Below, piece after piece: positions 41,073 to 50,646 of a stretch of DNA of 64,000 nt. Every line of letters starts with the position of its first letter. Within the stretch, counting starts at the first letter, position 1. The DNA comes from a virus (Duplodnaviria; Heunggongvirae; Uroviricota; Caudoviricetes): positions 17,669-81,668 of the IMG/VR virus record IMGVR_UViG_3300025450_000021, one strand, 5' to 3'. A program made the position numbers and the translations under genes. The notes under the pieces were generated by a model. That model was not told the origin of the DNA. It searched no databases and saw only the letters and a list, made by a program, of their open reading frames with translations.

Positions 41073-41360
41073 CTAACGTTTAAAACCGTGAGCAAATTTT
41101 GTGTTTAATGCTAAACATACTTCAACAGCATCTTCAGAATTGATACATTGTACTACTTTGTTTCCTTGTCCGTCTACTACAAACGCATTAGCAGGCCTAA
41201 AAGGTAAAGAAAATCTAGCTAGAGTTTTTTCTTGTCTGTGCTGTTCTTGTCTTTCTTTTTCTTGTTGAAGCTTAAGGCGGTTTGCGTCCGCATGGGCTTG
41301 AGTGAAACCTTCTGCTTCTATATTTTCAATTAATCTAACGTAATCTCTAATAGTTTTCAT
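41073..41360 (-). CDS. hypothetical protein
   Basis: 95-aa ORF. Confidence 0.45.
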   Translation of the reverse strand: MKTIRDYVRLIENIEAEGFTQAHADANRLKLQQEKERQEQHRQEKTLARFSLPFRPANAFVVDGQGNKVVQCINSEDAVEVCLALNTKFAHGFKR

Positions 41361-41379
41361 ATCGTATATTTATTCTACC

Positions 41380-41937
41380 CTAGGCCAAACCAATCCTACT
41401 TGAGATAATATTCCAGTTCATAATTTTCCACTGGTTATTGAGATATGATTTTTTGTCACTTCCGTAATCAAATTGAAATGAGTGTTCCCACCAATCAACC
41501 AACAGTATAATGTCCATCTTAATTTCGTGATTTTTAATTGTTTTAATCTTGCCATCACGGGCTAGATATACCCATCCACTACCTTGTATTTTCATAGCTT
41601 CTTTTTCAAAAGCATCGGTAAATTTATCAAATGTTTTGAAATGTTTGGTAATAAACTCACCCGCAGATCCATCGGGGTTGTTGGATCGGGTAGGTCTTTG
41701 AAATTGTGTAAAGTATATATCGTGTAAAAAAGCACCTGCTTCATTAAAATCTGGATCGCCTTCACCATCGTTAAATCGTGTAACATAGGCTTTGTACAAT
41801 TTTCCATAATGATAGTTAATAGTATCTTCGCTTATACTGGGCTCTAAATCATCCTTGGCATAGGGTAACTTAGTTTGAACTAGAGTTTTAGGAGTATGAC
41901 CTTCATTTAAAGTAATATGCTTGATAAAATTGTACAT
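41380..41937 (-). CDS. Fe/Mn superoxide dismutase-like protein
   Basis: LPYAKDDLEPSIS ~ LPYxxDALEPxIS. QGSGWVYL ~ GSGWxWL. DWWEHSF ~ DxWEHAYY, which carries the metal ligands Asp and His. The first His pair is reduced to YHY. 185 aa. Confidence 0.6.
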   Translation of the reverse strand: MYNFIKHITLNEGHTPKTLVQTKLPYAKDDLEPSISEDTINYHYGKLYKAYVTRFNDGEGDPDFNEAGAFLHDIYFTQFQRPTRSNNPDGSAGEFITKHFKTFDKFTDAFEKEAMKIQGSGWVYLARDGKIKTIKNHEIKMDIILLVDWWEHSFQFDYGSDKKSYLNNQWKIMNWNIISSRIGLA

Positions 41938-41944
41938 GGTATAT

Positions 41945-42877
41945 TTATCTGTATTTTGTTAAGTAATCTTTTCTGTATTCTGCAAAGTTAGGCTCTAATC
42001 CGTATTCTTTAAGTTTAGAACATACTGCATGATATTGAAAATCATTCATATCTCCCCAGCTCCTGTGATTAGCACTAACCCATACGTGCGGTTTATGCTG
42101 TCCAATAAACCCAACGAAATATTCAAAATCTGCGTCAAAGTTTGGACCATCCCTGAGCATAGGATTACCCCAGTCATTGACTTTATAATGAAATTTATCT
42201 AGTCCGCCATTTTTTTCTGCCCACAATAGATATAGAATAAATTCGCTTTTATTACGGGTAGATTTAAACCATTTTGAAAATTCTGCAAGACCTTTAAAAT
42301 ATTCTATTAAAGACAATACCAAATGTGTGTTTAAAAAAATTGGAGTACATATAGACAGCGTATCGTCGGTTGGATATCCGATATCGGTATCTAATGCTGT
42401 TGCGTAAGCATCCCAGGTTTCGATAGGCATGACAAATTTGCCACTTCTATAAGGAAGTTTTTCATTTTCTATGGAGCAAGACCACGGATGGATTAAAAAA
42501 TTTTGCGTATCTAAGACAAAATATCCTGGGTTAGCTATTTGTTTTGCGATAGCTAATTTTAGAATTTGTTGTGTTTCCCAACCGCTTGACCATTGATTAG
42601 TCATTCCTGGGCGCCAACTGGCCCACGGTGCATCGAATTCATGCCTATAGTAAGTATGTAGGTATTGATGAGTATAGTAGTGTTTAATCTTTTCGTCAAA
42701 TATCGATTGCCATTCACTAGGATCTGCTTCGTTTACTACTATATAAACATCATGTCCTGGTGTTAAATGCTTGTAGATACTTTGTGCTTGTAATTCGAGC
42801 AATGCTAAGTCTCTAGCACAAGTCACAGTAACAAGGGGAAGTTTTTGCATATTGTTATATAGTAAATAAATAATCAA
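41945..42877 (-). CDS. hypothetical protein (310 aa)
   Basis: ORF only, Trp/Tyr-rich. No recognised motif. Confidence 0.55.
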   Translation of the reverse strand: MIIYLLYNNMQKLPLVTVTCARDLALLELQAQSIYKHLTPGHDVYIVVNEADPSEWQSIFDEKIKHYYTHQYLHTYYRHEFDAPWASWRPGMTNQWSSGWETQQILKLAIAKQIANPGYFVLDTQNFLIHPWSCSIENEKLPYRSGKFVMPIETWDAYATALDTDIGYPTDDTLSICTPIFLNTHLVLSLIEYFKGLAEFSKWFKSTRNKSEFILYLLWAEKNGGLDKFHYKVNDWGNPMLRDGPNFDADFEYFVGFIGQHKPHVWVSANHRSWGDMNDFQYHAVCSKLKEYGLEPNFAEYRKDYLTKYR

Positions 42878-42889
42878 CAGGAGATTATT

Positions 42890-43159
42890 ATGAGAGAATT
42901 TATCAAAAAGATTTTTGCTTTAAAACCAAAAAAAGTAGAAACTGAAGTACCTTATAAATTAGAAACACCAACTAAACCGGTAGCTGACGATATTACTCGT
43001 GCAATGCTAGAGTCTATTCCAGCACCAACACCCGCTAAGAAAAAGCCTGCGGCTAAAAAAACTAAAACAACCAAACAATTAATCGAAGAGCGTTCCGATT
43101 ACTTGCCAGAAACTAAAGTTAAGAAGCCACGTGCTCCTCGTAAGCCTAAAGCAGAGTAA
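42890..43159 (+). CDS. small basic Lys/Pro/Ala-rich protein (histone-like tail PAKKKPAAKKTKTTK...KKPRAPRKPKAE)
   Basis: 89-aa plus-strand ORF. GGAG-like Shine-Dalgarno (caacaggagattatt) upstream. Confidence 0.45.
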   Translation: MREFIKKIFALKPKKVETEVPYKLETPTKPVADDITRAMLESIPAPTPAKKKPAAKKTKTTKQLIEERSDYLPETKVKKPRAPRKPKAE

Positions 43160-44171
43160 GACTTTTAGCTTGCTCGTATAGAGCACGACTAGCTAAATTC
43201 TTGCCTTTAGACTCGCACATAATATCGTGCGAATTCAAAAAGCTCAAAGCCCATTCATTCGTTGCTGTGTTCCAGTAGAAGTCTGAATGAGCTCTGAGCT
43301 TTTGTTTTTTGTATCCGTCTAGAAGGAGTTGGGCATGAACAGGTGCGGTAGATTGGTCATGGTCCACAAGATAATCTTCTCGACTGACTGAATAATGACA
43401 AGTAGGCCGCACACCACGCCAACTATCCACAACACGCTTAACGCGATCGTCTGTCGAAGAGATATACTCCCCTTCGCGAATCCAGTGATGGTGAATATCG
43501 AGCACAATAGGAACGATATCGCTAATAGTAAGACAATCATTTAACCCCCATGAGTTTTCTTCATTTTCAATAGTAATGGTATTGCGGGCTTCGGGTGAGA
43601 GTAGCTTGTAGGCACGTCTAATACCTTCGGGACCTTGTTTACCCGAGATGTGTACATTGATTTTAAGATCCTGGAAGGTTTTACCGTAGCCCATGTATCG
43701 TGCCATATCCGCATGATATTCAAACTCCTCTATAGAGCGGCCAACAATGCCTGGATTATCACTTGCCAAGACAGTAAACTGGCCAGGATGAAAAGACAAC
43801 CTAACATTGTGCTCACGAGCAACATCACCAACTTCTCTAAAGTGCCGCTCGCAGTAGTCCACGACGTCAGCACGACGCCAAAAATAACTCCAGTCAGCTT
43901 GAGTATATACAGGTAAAATATCACTACTAATACGGACCATACGTAAATGTTCATTCAAAGTTCCTACTCTAGTTACAAGTTTTCGGGTAGATTCGATATT
44001 CTGAACCATTAGGTCCCATAGCTTTTGTTCTGCTACTTCTGTTGTCTGTTTATTTAACCAAGTAACTGTAGTACCGCCAGTATTGTACTGTTTGGCATCA
44101 TCGTTAGCTTTGATACCTTCAGTTTGTTCTGGATGGTCGATCCATTTGCAGGCAAAGCCGATACGTTTCAT
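43146..44171 (-). CDS. UV DNA damage endonuclease (UvdE/UvsE family, TIM-barrel)
   Basis: ITIENEENSWGLNDCLTISDIVPIVLDIHHHW matches UVDE [34 protein letters not shown]. 341 aa. Confidence 0.65.
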   Translation of the reverse strand: MKRIGFACKWIDHPEQTEGIKANDDAKQYNTGGTTVTWLNKQTTEVAEQKLWDLMVQNIESTRKLVTRVGTLNEHLRMVRISSDILPVYTQADWSYFWRRADVVDYCERHFREVGDVAREHNVRLSFHPGQFTVLASDNPGIVGRSIEEFEYHADMARYMGYGKTFQDLKINVHISGKQGPEGIRRAYKLLSPEARNTITIENEENSWGLNDCLTISDIVPIVLDIHHHWIREGEYISSTDDRVKRVVDSWRGVRPTCHYSVSREDYLVDHDQSTAPVHAQLLLDGYKKQKLRAHSDFYWNTATNEWALSFLNSHDIMCESKGKNLASRALYEQAKSLTLL

Positions 44172-44191
44172 AATGTGTAATCAATAAAAAT

Positions 44192-44219
44192 GGACATAGT
44201 GTATTATAACACTATGTCC
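44192..44219 (-). terminator. perfect 11-bp stem / 6-nt loop hairpin (ggacatagtgt-attata-acactatgtcc) followed by a T-run on the minus strand
   Basis: Seen directly in the sequence. Lies between the QueD-like stop (44241) and the uvdE start (44171). Confidence 0.45.
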
Positions 44220-44240
44220 TTATAGAGTCAAACTCTTTGA

Positions 44241-44768
44241 TTAGCCTTCGTATGTAGCCGAATTACCAGCATGTTCAAACACTTCTACACTCTTAATTCG
44301 AACACTAGGGTTTAATGGATAACGATGGTTGCCATTTACCAATAAATCTGCCATTTTGTCATAGCACATTTTAGCAAATAGTTCGCAACCCACACCGGGT
44401 ACAATGCGTAAATCGCATACACCCGATCTACGATAGGGCTCTACTTGTACACGTTCTGGATTGTTATCATGTTCTGGATTGGAACTCCAACCTGCCATTA
44501 GTTTGAATCTATCTAGCAATGGATCATCTTCGGCAATTACAGTGGTATGATCAAACATATAGTCTGCCCACGCCTTAAATTCCTTGAGTCCGCCAAAGTC
44601 CATACCCCAGTTCTTTTCGTCCAATGTATCACATTCAAAGATTAATTTGATACCAATTGAGTATCCATGCAATAATGAGCAGTGACTATGTGTGGCACGC
44701 CATTGTCTAAAACAGCATGATAAGCCACGGTCGTTACCGTATGTTTTTGTTGAGTAAAATTTTGCCAT
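44241..44768 (-). CDS. 6-pyruvoyl-tetrahydropterin synthase / QueD-like protein
   Basis: CSLLHGYSIG matches the PTPS Cx(3)HGH-type zinc motif, here HGY. FDHTTVI ~ LDHxxLN. 175 aa. Confidence 0.55.
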   Translation of the reverse strand: MAKFYSTKTYGNDRGLSCCFRQWRATHSHCSLLHGYSIGIKLIFECDTLDEKNWGMDFGGLKEFKAWADYMFDHTTVIAEDDPLLDRFKLMAGWSSNPEHDNNPERVQVEPYRRSGVCDLRIVPGVGCELFAKMCYDKMADLLVNGNHRYPLNPSVRIKSVEVFEHAGNSATYEG

Positions 44769-44878
44769 TGTCTTCTCCTAAAAGTAGCAATGACATGCAG
44801 AGTTTATATTGCGGGATGAATGCCTAAGTCCGCATAATATAATTATACACTTTTATAGTGTAAGGTCAATAGTATTGA

Positions 44879-46297
44879 TTAACCTATCTGTCCAAATGAT
44901 GCCCACTGTCCTGGTGTACCACTTGCAATACACACCCAGCCAATATGTCCACCTGGTACTGGAGCAATGTTCCAACAGATATCTCCAAGATGATATATTC
45001 CTGTAGTAGGAGCCATTCCACCATTGGTAAAACGTTTGCCTCCAATATTAACATCTCCATTAACACTAAACTGTAGTGTAGGATCTGGAGTATTGATATT
45101 GATACTCAATGGACCAAATACACGAACAGCATTATTTTGAAGAACAGGATCACCAATAGTAAGTTGTTCTGTGTCTACACTAATAATTTTTTGGCTGCCC
45201 AGTTTGAATGAAAAATTATTTGTGCCTAAAATTCCACTGCTAGTTAATTGTAAAGATTGTGATCCGCCAAGCGAATCGACTAGAGTTAATTGTTTGGAAG
45301 TTGTTGTGTTTAATGTAGTTGTTCCTGCAACTTCAAGACTTCTTAATACGCCTAGTCCTTGTAAATTACTATTAACAATTCCAGAACCTAAACCATTTGC
45401 TTGTAGTGCAACAACACCGTTGATATAGTAACTTTGACTTGGTCCGATATCAAAACTTTCACTAGTCCATAAACGATCTGGACTACTCATCATGATTAGC
45501 TGACGTGTTTGCCCAGTACCAGTCCATGTTAAACCTAGACCATAAATTGCATTATCTGTGCTAGCATTAAACTGTAAAGGACTGCTACGAGTAATACGTG
45601 TGTCAGTTTGAATACTTTGTGCATATACTGTACCGTATACGTTCAATACTCCGCCACCGTTTACTGGATCGCCGATATTAACTACACCAGTTGATTTAAC
45701 TGTAATACGCGGTAAATTATCTGTAAGGATTTGGAAATCACTACTGGTAAAAGTACCAATAGAACCTTTGCCTAATTCTCTGCTACCGATATCTAATTGA
45801 ACACCATTTGTTAAAATACTGATAGAGTCTGTTGGTTCTGCTGTTCCAAGACCAATGCGATCTGAACTATTATCGATAAAAGCAAATCCGCCTAAACTTG
45901 TGTATCCTGATACCTGTAAGGATTTTAAAACACCTAATTGTTGTAAGTTACTGCTGGTAATAGTACTACCTAATGCACTGGCAGTTATTACAGGAATGTT
46001 GTCAATGTTATAGCTAGATCCTTGTTGCAAATCTATATTGCTATTAGTCCATAAACGTCCGCCACTACGATAAATTAATTGAGTAAGACCGCCACTATAA
46101 CCCCAACTAAACCCTTTGCCGTTTAGTTCGTTTTCTGTTCCATAATTCCATTGCCCCACTGAAGCTAAAGAACCGTTAGGAGTAACTAGGTTTTGAACAT
46201 TAAATGTGTTGGTTGTAATAGTACCTGCAACTGTCAAATTTTGTTCGACTTGTACATTACCGGTAACTTCTAAATGATCATTAATTTCGTAGGCCAT
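44879..46297 (-). CDS. fibre-like structural protein (472 aa)
   Basis: T/S/G/N-rich beta-like sequence. GGATAAATAC late-promoter-like box 24 nt upstream of the ATG. Confidence 0.6.
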   Translation of the reverse strand: MAYEINDHLEVTGNVQVEQNLTVAGTITTNTFNVQNLVTPNGSLASVGQWNYGTENELNGKGFSWGYSGGLTQLIYRSGGRLWTNSNIDLQQGSSYNIDNIPVITASALGSTITSSNLQQLGVLKSLQVSGYTSLGGFAFIDNSSDRIGLGTAEPTDSISILTNGVQLDIGSRELGKGSIGTFTSSDFQILTDNLPRITVKSTGVVNIGDPVNGGGVLNVYGTVYAQSIQTDTRITRSSPLQFNASTDNAIYGLGLTWTGTGQTRQLIMMSSPDRLWTSESFDIGPSQSYYINGVVALQANGLGSGIVNSNLQGLGVLRSLEVAGTTTLNTTTSKQLTLVDSLGGSQSLQLTSSGILGTNNFSFKLGSQKIISVDTEQLTIGDPVLQNNAVRVFGPLSININTPDPTLQFSVNGDVNIGGKRFTNGGMAPTTGIYHLGDICWNIAPVPGGHIGWVCIASGTPGQWASFGQIG

Positions 46298-46343
46298 GGA
46301 TAAACACTCTCTTTTAAGTATTTATCCACGTTTCGAAAAAGGA

Positions 46344-47534
46344 TTATTGTACTTTTAACAGTACTGTATCCTCATTAATGCGTCCATTCATTTTAGTGTC
46401 TGTAGCATTAATATCTTCCAAAAACTTGCGTAGTTGTACTTTGCCTGCGGCTTTGAACTCTTTCAGCTTGTCTTCGGGTTTACGTACAGTCTTTTGGATG
46501 CTTTTGAATTCATCAAATCCTGTAATTGTAGTTCCTTTAACACCCAAATCGTTGAATTCGGAGGCTACATACTTGCCCAATTTACGAGTCTTAGTGTTAA
46601 AGATCCAAAGTTCCTTAGCACCAATAATGTCTGTCGGGTTGATACTAACTAATTTCAAAGGTTCATTGCTCTTCATGTACTTCATTTTGGCAACAACCTT
46701 CTCTTTTGGCTGTGTTTTACGAGCACGTGGCGCACGATTAACTTTGGCTTCTTGAGCAAGCATATCGCAAGCACTCATGATTTCTTGGTAAAAAGCAATC
46801 AAATTCTTGATTTGCTTCTTACTACGATGGGCATAGCCCTCACGTAACTGCTCGTCTGCTTTGCCGGATGCCAACTCCTCCAGTTCAGCTAAATCCCTGC
46901 TGTAGAGGGTTTTAATAAGTCTAGCATGTGCGGCTTTGACTTGTTTGCCCTTGAGCAAGTTAAGCACTTTGAACGCTTTTGGATCAAAGTTTTCTGGATC
47001 TGTTTGGAAGCCTTCAATAGCGTCTTCCAATTCTTCAGTCATTCGATAAGCGGCTTCTTTGACACGCTCTTGAATTGAAGGCTGAACTACTACAGGCTTG
47101 TCTGTAATCACTTCGTCTTCGTCTTTGTCGTTCTTGCCAGCTTCAATTACTTCTACAATCTGCTCACGCAACCATGCACTTGTGTCTCGACCTTGATTAA
47201 AGTCTGCACGAATAGATGGCATACCACGTAACAAACAACTTGCAATGGCACCCATTGTAGTGTTGCAACGATTATCTTTGGTTTTCTTAAAAGCTGTAAT
47301 GTCAGCTTTGGTACAACCAGTATCAGTCATCCATTTGATAACCGCAGGCTTCAAATCTTTACCGCTAAATTCCAAACGGTAATAGCTCATAGCATTGTGC
47401 CAGTGACGCTGAAATTGTTCAGCTGTCATTTTCTCAACATCGTCCCAAACTGGACTGTGATCTTTCACAGCTCGTGTGCGATGTGCAGTTACCTGCTTTT
47501 TGGTAACGCGAGTTTTAGTTGCTGTCTTTGCCAA
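46344..47534 (-). CDS. hypothetical protein (396 aa), TTG start with AGGAG Shine-Dalgarno
   Basis: An upstream in-frame stop forces a TTG start. CAGGAGCAG lies 6 nt upstream. Confidence 0.55.
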   Translation of the reverse strand: MAKTATKTRVTKKQVTAHRTRAVKDHSPVWDDVEKMTAEQFQRHWHNAMSYYRLEFSGKDLKPAVIKWMTDTGCTKADITAFKKTKDNRCNTTMGAIASCLLRGMPSIRADFNQGRDTSAWLREQIVEVIEAGKNDKDEDEVITDKPVVVQPSIQERVKEAAYRMTEELEDAIEGFQTDPENFDPKAFKVLNLLKGKQVKAAHARLIKTLYSRDLAELEELASGKADEQLREGYAHRSKKQIKNLIAFYQEIMSACDMLAQEAKVNRAPRARKTQPKEKVVAKMKYMKSNEPLKLVSINPTDIIGAKELWIFNTKTRKLGKYVASEFNDLGVKGTTITGFDEFKSIQKTVRKPEDKLKEFKAAGKVQLRKFLEDINATDTKMNGRINEDTVLLKVQ

Positions 47535-47617
47535 TTTCTGCTCCTGCTTTGTTTAACATGTATATATTATAGCTTCGAACTACTTAGCTGTCAACTGTAA
47601 AATTGGTAAGTTAGTAC

Positions 47618-48994
47618 CTACTTACATAGCTGATAGAACTTTTCCATTTCGGGAAATGCTTGTAAGAAATTGGTTCCTCTGCGTCTGTCGTGCTCGTTTA
47701 CAAACTTGTAAAAGTCTCTTCTCCAAATTTCTAAACCTTTCATCGGACTAGCAAGTAAAGATTCGAAAAGTTCATATACTCGTTGCATACGATCAATTTC
47801 ATAATCAGTATAGTATCCTTTGTTTACTTTCATATATTCTAAACTTGACAATGTGATTGGTAGGAAATCTTCTGTAAGCATACCAACAGTCATCCATTCC
47901 GGATTACGCAAATAAGGAATATCAATACCTACCCATCTTTTGCTAGTCACATACTTCTTCTTTAATTCCAAAAAGTCTGTCAAAAACCCTGTATAAGAAT
48001 TAACTGATAATGCATTGTATGTTGACATTACAATTAATCTAGTATTAGGGCTTTCGCTTAACAATAAATTACAGTTATCAAGCCATTCGGTATAGTTCAA
48101 ACCAAATCTTATATATTCGGCTTGGACTCCTTGTGCTTCGCAACTTGTATAAATTGTTAAAGATTTAACAGCATTTTTCTCATGTATGACTTTTATCTTT
48201 TTAATAAATTCGTCTATAAGTTTTTTTGGAACACCTAAGTTACTGTTAATGCCCAATTCTAAATTAGGATTAGGATTATCAATGATATAGTCTAACACTT
48301 TGAAGGTATGTTTAGTCATTAAAGGCTCGCCGCCTGTAATGCGGAAGGTATGCAAATTAGGATATAATTCGGGCCACCATTGCCAAAACGCATCTACATA
48401 AGGATTTTCTTCTCTTTCAGGTATCGGCATTTTATGATCATCTTCAAACATCTTTAAATGATTATAATTTAAATGTGTAGGGTATCCGCCAAACTGTTGT
48501 ATTTCTTCCATCCATTTACTGCTAATTTCTGGACTACAGTAACTACATTTAAAATTACATCCGTAACTAAAACTAATTTCTAAATAACTGGGATTAATAT
48601 CTTTTTCCCACCCTGCGTCTATAACTTCTTTAAAATAAGGTAATGCCCACTCGTCTGCACTTTTGTATGTTCTATCACTGAACGCATCGGTCTTATCTTC
48701 TACGTTCCAGCAGTACTGACATTCACTAGGACGAGTACCAGTCATCATTTGTTTACGCAATTCTTTTTTATATTCTGTATTGTGTAATGCACTAGGATTA
48801 CGTTTAATTTCCTCAATAGGAATTACGTGAGTTTTAGGATGATGGCAACTATGGGTATGACCGGTAGGCAGGTGTACAGTTACTTGTTTCCATTTGGCCA
48901 GACACATACCTGGACCAATCTTATCCAAGTCGTGTTTAACGTGTTTTAATTTTCTATCTTGCACAGATTTTTTTATATTTCGAATTAAGTCCAT
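47618..48994 (-). CDS. radical SAM enzyme (458 aa) with N-terminal Cys/His-rich extension
   Basis: CNFKCSYC is a CxxxCxxC motif and GGEPL is the SAM-binding motif. About 140 aa precede the core, including HSCHHP and CQYCW. Confidence 0.8.
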   Translation of the reverse strand: MDLIRNIKKSVQDRKLKHVKHDLDKIGPGMCLAKWKQVTVHLPTGHTHSCHHPKTHVIPIEEIKRNPSALHNTEYKKELRKQMMTGTRPSECQYCWNVEDKTDAFSDRTYKSADEWALPYFKEVIDAGWEKDINPSYLEISFSYGCNFKCSYCSPEISSKWMEEIQQFGGYPTHLNYNHLKMFEDDHKMPIPEREENPYVDAFWQWWPELYPNLHTFRITGGEPLMTKHTFKVLDYIIDNPNPNLELGINSNLGVPKKLIDEFIKKIKVIHEKNAVKSLTIYTSCEAQGVQAEYIRFGLNYTEWLDNCNLLLSESPNTRLIVMSTYNALSVNSYTGFLTDFLELKKKYVTSKRWVGIDIPYLRNPEWMTVGMLTEDFLPITLSSLEYMKVNKGYYTDYEIDRMQRVYELFESLLASPMKGLEIWRRDFYKFVNEHDRRRGTNFLQAFPEMEKFYQLCK

Positions 48995-49812
48995 AGGCCT
49001 TGACGCACTTTGATAAGACGAATCATCATAGCTTCATCTTCGGCCTCGTAAGCCTCTTCCATCTTGTGCATTTTGTCCATAGCAACACGACTCATCTCGG
49101 CAAGCTCAGGACTTTTTTCTTTGCCAAAACTTAGACGGCCACTATTGGCTAGACGTGCGGCTTCACAATAAGCACTCCAGCCGCTTGCCTCCATTGGTTC
49201 TGGTCGATTACGATACACAGTAGTCCACCAAAGATACAGCTCTTTAATTTCCTTAGCATTATTGGCTTGGAAAGTTGGAACGGCTTCGTGCTTCTGGTCA
49301 TCGTCAAGAAACTCTTCGTTAGTAAGAGTACTAGCCCAATCTAAGTAAGCAAGTCCTGCTTCTGGGCAACGCCAAGTACGCCAGCGTAACCAACCACTGC
49401 GATACCAGGGAACATTATATTTCTTCTGTTCTTCGCTGTTCCACATTACATAATGCCACGCTTGTTCGATTTCAACAAAGTCCACAAGTTCGTTAAACAA
49501 ACATGGAAGAAAACGATTACCAACGTCACTCCAACGGCCAGGGCGGATATCACGAGGGTGGGCAGTAAGAGCATGACTCTTACTAACCCAACGATTGTTG
49601 ATGTAGTAACGGATGTCATTTAGTCTGTCCGGTATGTAAAGAAAAAAGCCTTGAATATTGTCAAGCAATTCTTCTGCGACCCAGTAGCGAAAGTTATGTC
49701 GCATTTTAGCAGTGGTACGCCATTCGTCCCAGTCTTCACTAGTAGCGGCACTTAGTTTTTTAGTGCCACGAACCCAGTCTGCAAATTTTGTACATGACCA
49801 ATAATTACGCAT
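48985..49812 (-). CDS. hypothetical Trp-rich protein (275 aa)
   Basis: ORF overlapping both neighbours. No motif recognised. Confidence 0.5.
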   Translation of the reverse strand: MRNYWSCTKFADWVRGTKKLSAATSEDWDEWRTTAKMRHNFRYWVAEELLDNIQGFFLYIPDRLNDIRYYINNRWVSKSHALTAHPRDIRPGRWSDVGNRFLPCLFNELVDFVEIEQAWHYVMWNSEEQKKYNVPWYRSGWLRWRTWRCPEAGLAYLDWASTLTNEEFLDDDQKHEAVPTFQANNAKEIKELYLWWTTVYRNRPEPMEASGWSAYCEAARLANSGRLSFGKEKSPELAEMSRVAMDKMHKMEEAYEAEDEAMMIRLIKVRQGLWT

Positions 49813-50404
49813 TTCTATTCCTTTCTAAAGTATAAGTTTTCATGTTAAACCATCCAGTTATAATATATTTTTCTTGTGTAGGACTAGTTTCACCTCTGTG
49901 AGTAAAAGTCCAATCAGGTGGCCAAATAAGTGTTAATCCTTTTTCAGCCTTAATTTTCATTCCTTGATACAAAAATTCTGTACCGCCTCCATCATCTACT
50001 GTATTCAAATAAGTCATAAAGACTAAATGTCTTGTTACAATAGGCCAATCTAATCCTTCTCGTTCTAAATGCCATGCTTTAAAACCGCCGCCTGGAGCAT
50101 AATATTGTACTTGTGTTGACTCTATCATGTCAACCGCATCGATTTTAGAATGAGGATATTTTTGATAGTATGCGTTCAAACATTTGAATAAATGCTTCAA
50201 ATAATAATACGGAACTTGCCCCGGCGGCAACATTAAATCGATTGAATCTTTTTTAGACTTGTCAACTTCTTTGTTTGCACCGTACAATCCTGGACTTAAA
50301 TTTGAACTTGTTTTATGTAACTCTATAAGACGATCGCATACTGTTAGGTCAGTATACCACCCCATGATAAAATTGTTTTGGGAATTTAAATAGTGCTCTT
50401 CCAT
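49805..50404 (-). CDS. 2OG-Fe(II) oxygenase-like (prolyl-4-hydroxylase superfamily)
   Basis: WHLERE is an HxE motif. ...FTHRGETS carries the distal His and an RxxxS 2OG-binding-like motif. 199 aa. Confidence 0.5.
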   Translation of the reverse strand: MEEHYLNSQNNFIMGWYTDLTVCDRLIELHKTSSNLSPGLYGANKEVDKSKKDSIDLMLPPGQVPYYYLKHLFKCLNAYYQKYPHSKIDAVDMIESTQVQYYAPGGGFKAWHLEREGLDWPIVTRHLVFMTYLNTVDDGGGTEFLYQGMKIKAEKGLTLIWPPDWTFTHRGETSPTQEKYIITGWFNMKTYTLERNRNA

Positions 50405-50646
50405 GAATTTACTGGTTCCGCCTTAATTTCATCTTCTGTACAACTAAGAGGTTTACCATTTTCATTTAAAAATGTAGTACCCCAAATTTTACCGCCGTGT
50501 TCAAATTCAACATAAGTTTCGCCGTACGCACAGAATTTTCGAGTAATGACATCCTCACCTGGTTCAGGCCAACATATAATTGCCACTACTACGGCTAATA
50601 GAGCACACGAAATTTTTGTAAAACGATTCATGTTAAATTTTTTCAC
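50386..50646 (-). CDS. small secreted protein
   Basis: 86 aa with the N-terminal signal-like segment ISCALLAVVVAIIC. Confidence 0.45.
   Translation of the reverse strand: MKKFNMNRFTKISCALLAVVVAIICWPEPGEDVITRKFCAYGETYVEFEHGGKIWGTTFLNENGKPLSCTEDEIKAEPVNSWKSTI

Noticed and set aside
44769-44878. Imperfect inverted repeat ttatattgcgg...ccgcataatataa in the 110-bp gap upstream of the QueD-like gene
   Set aside because: The arms are not perfectly complementary because of a 2-nt insertion. It could be an operator but the evidence is too weak to call.
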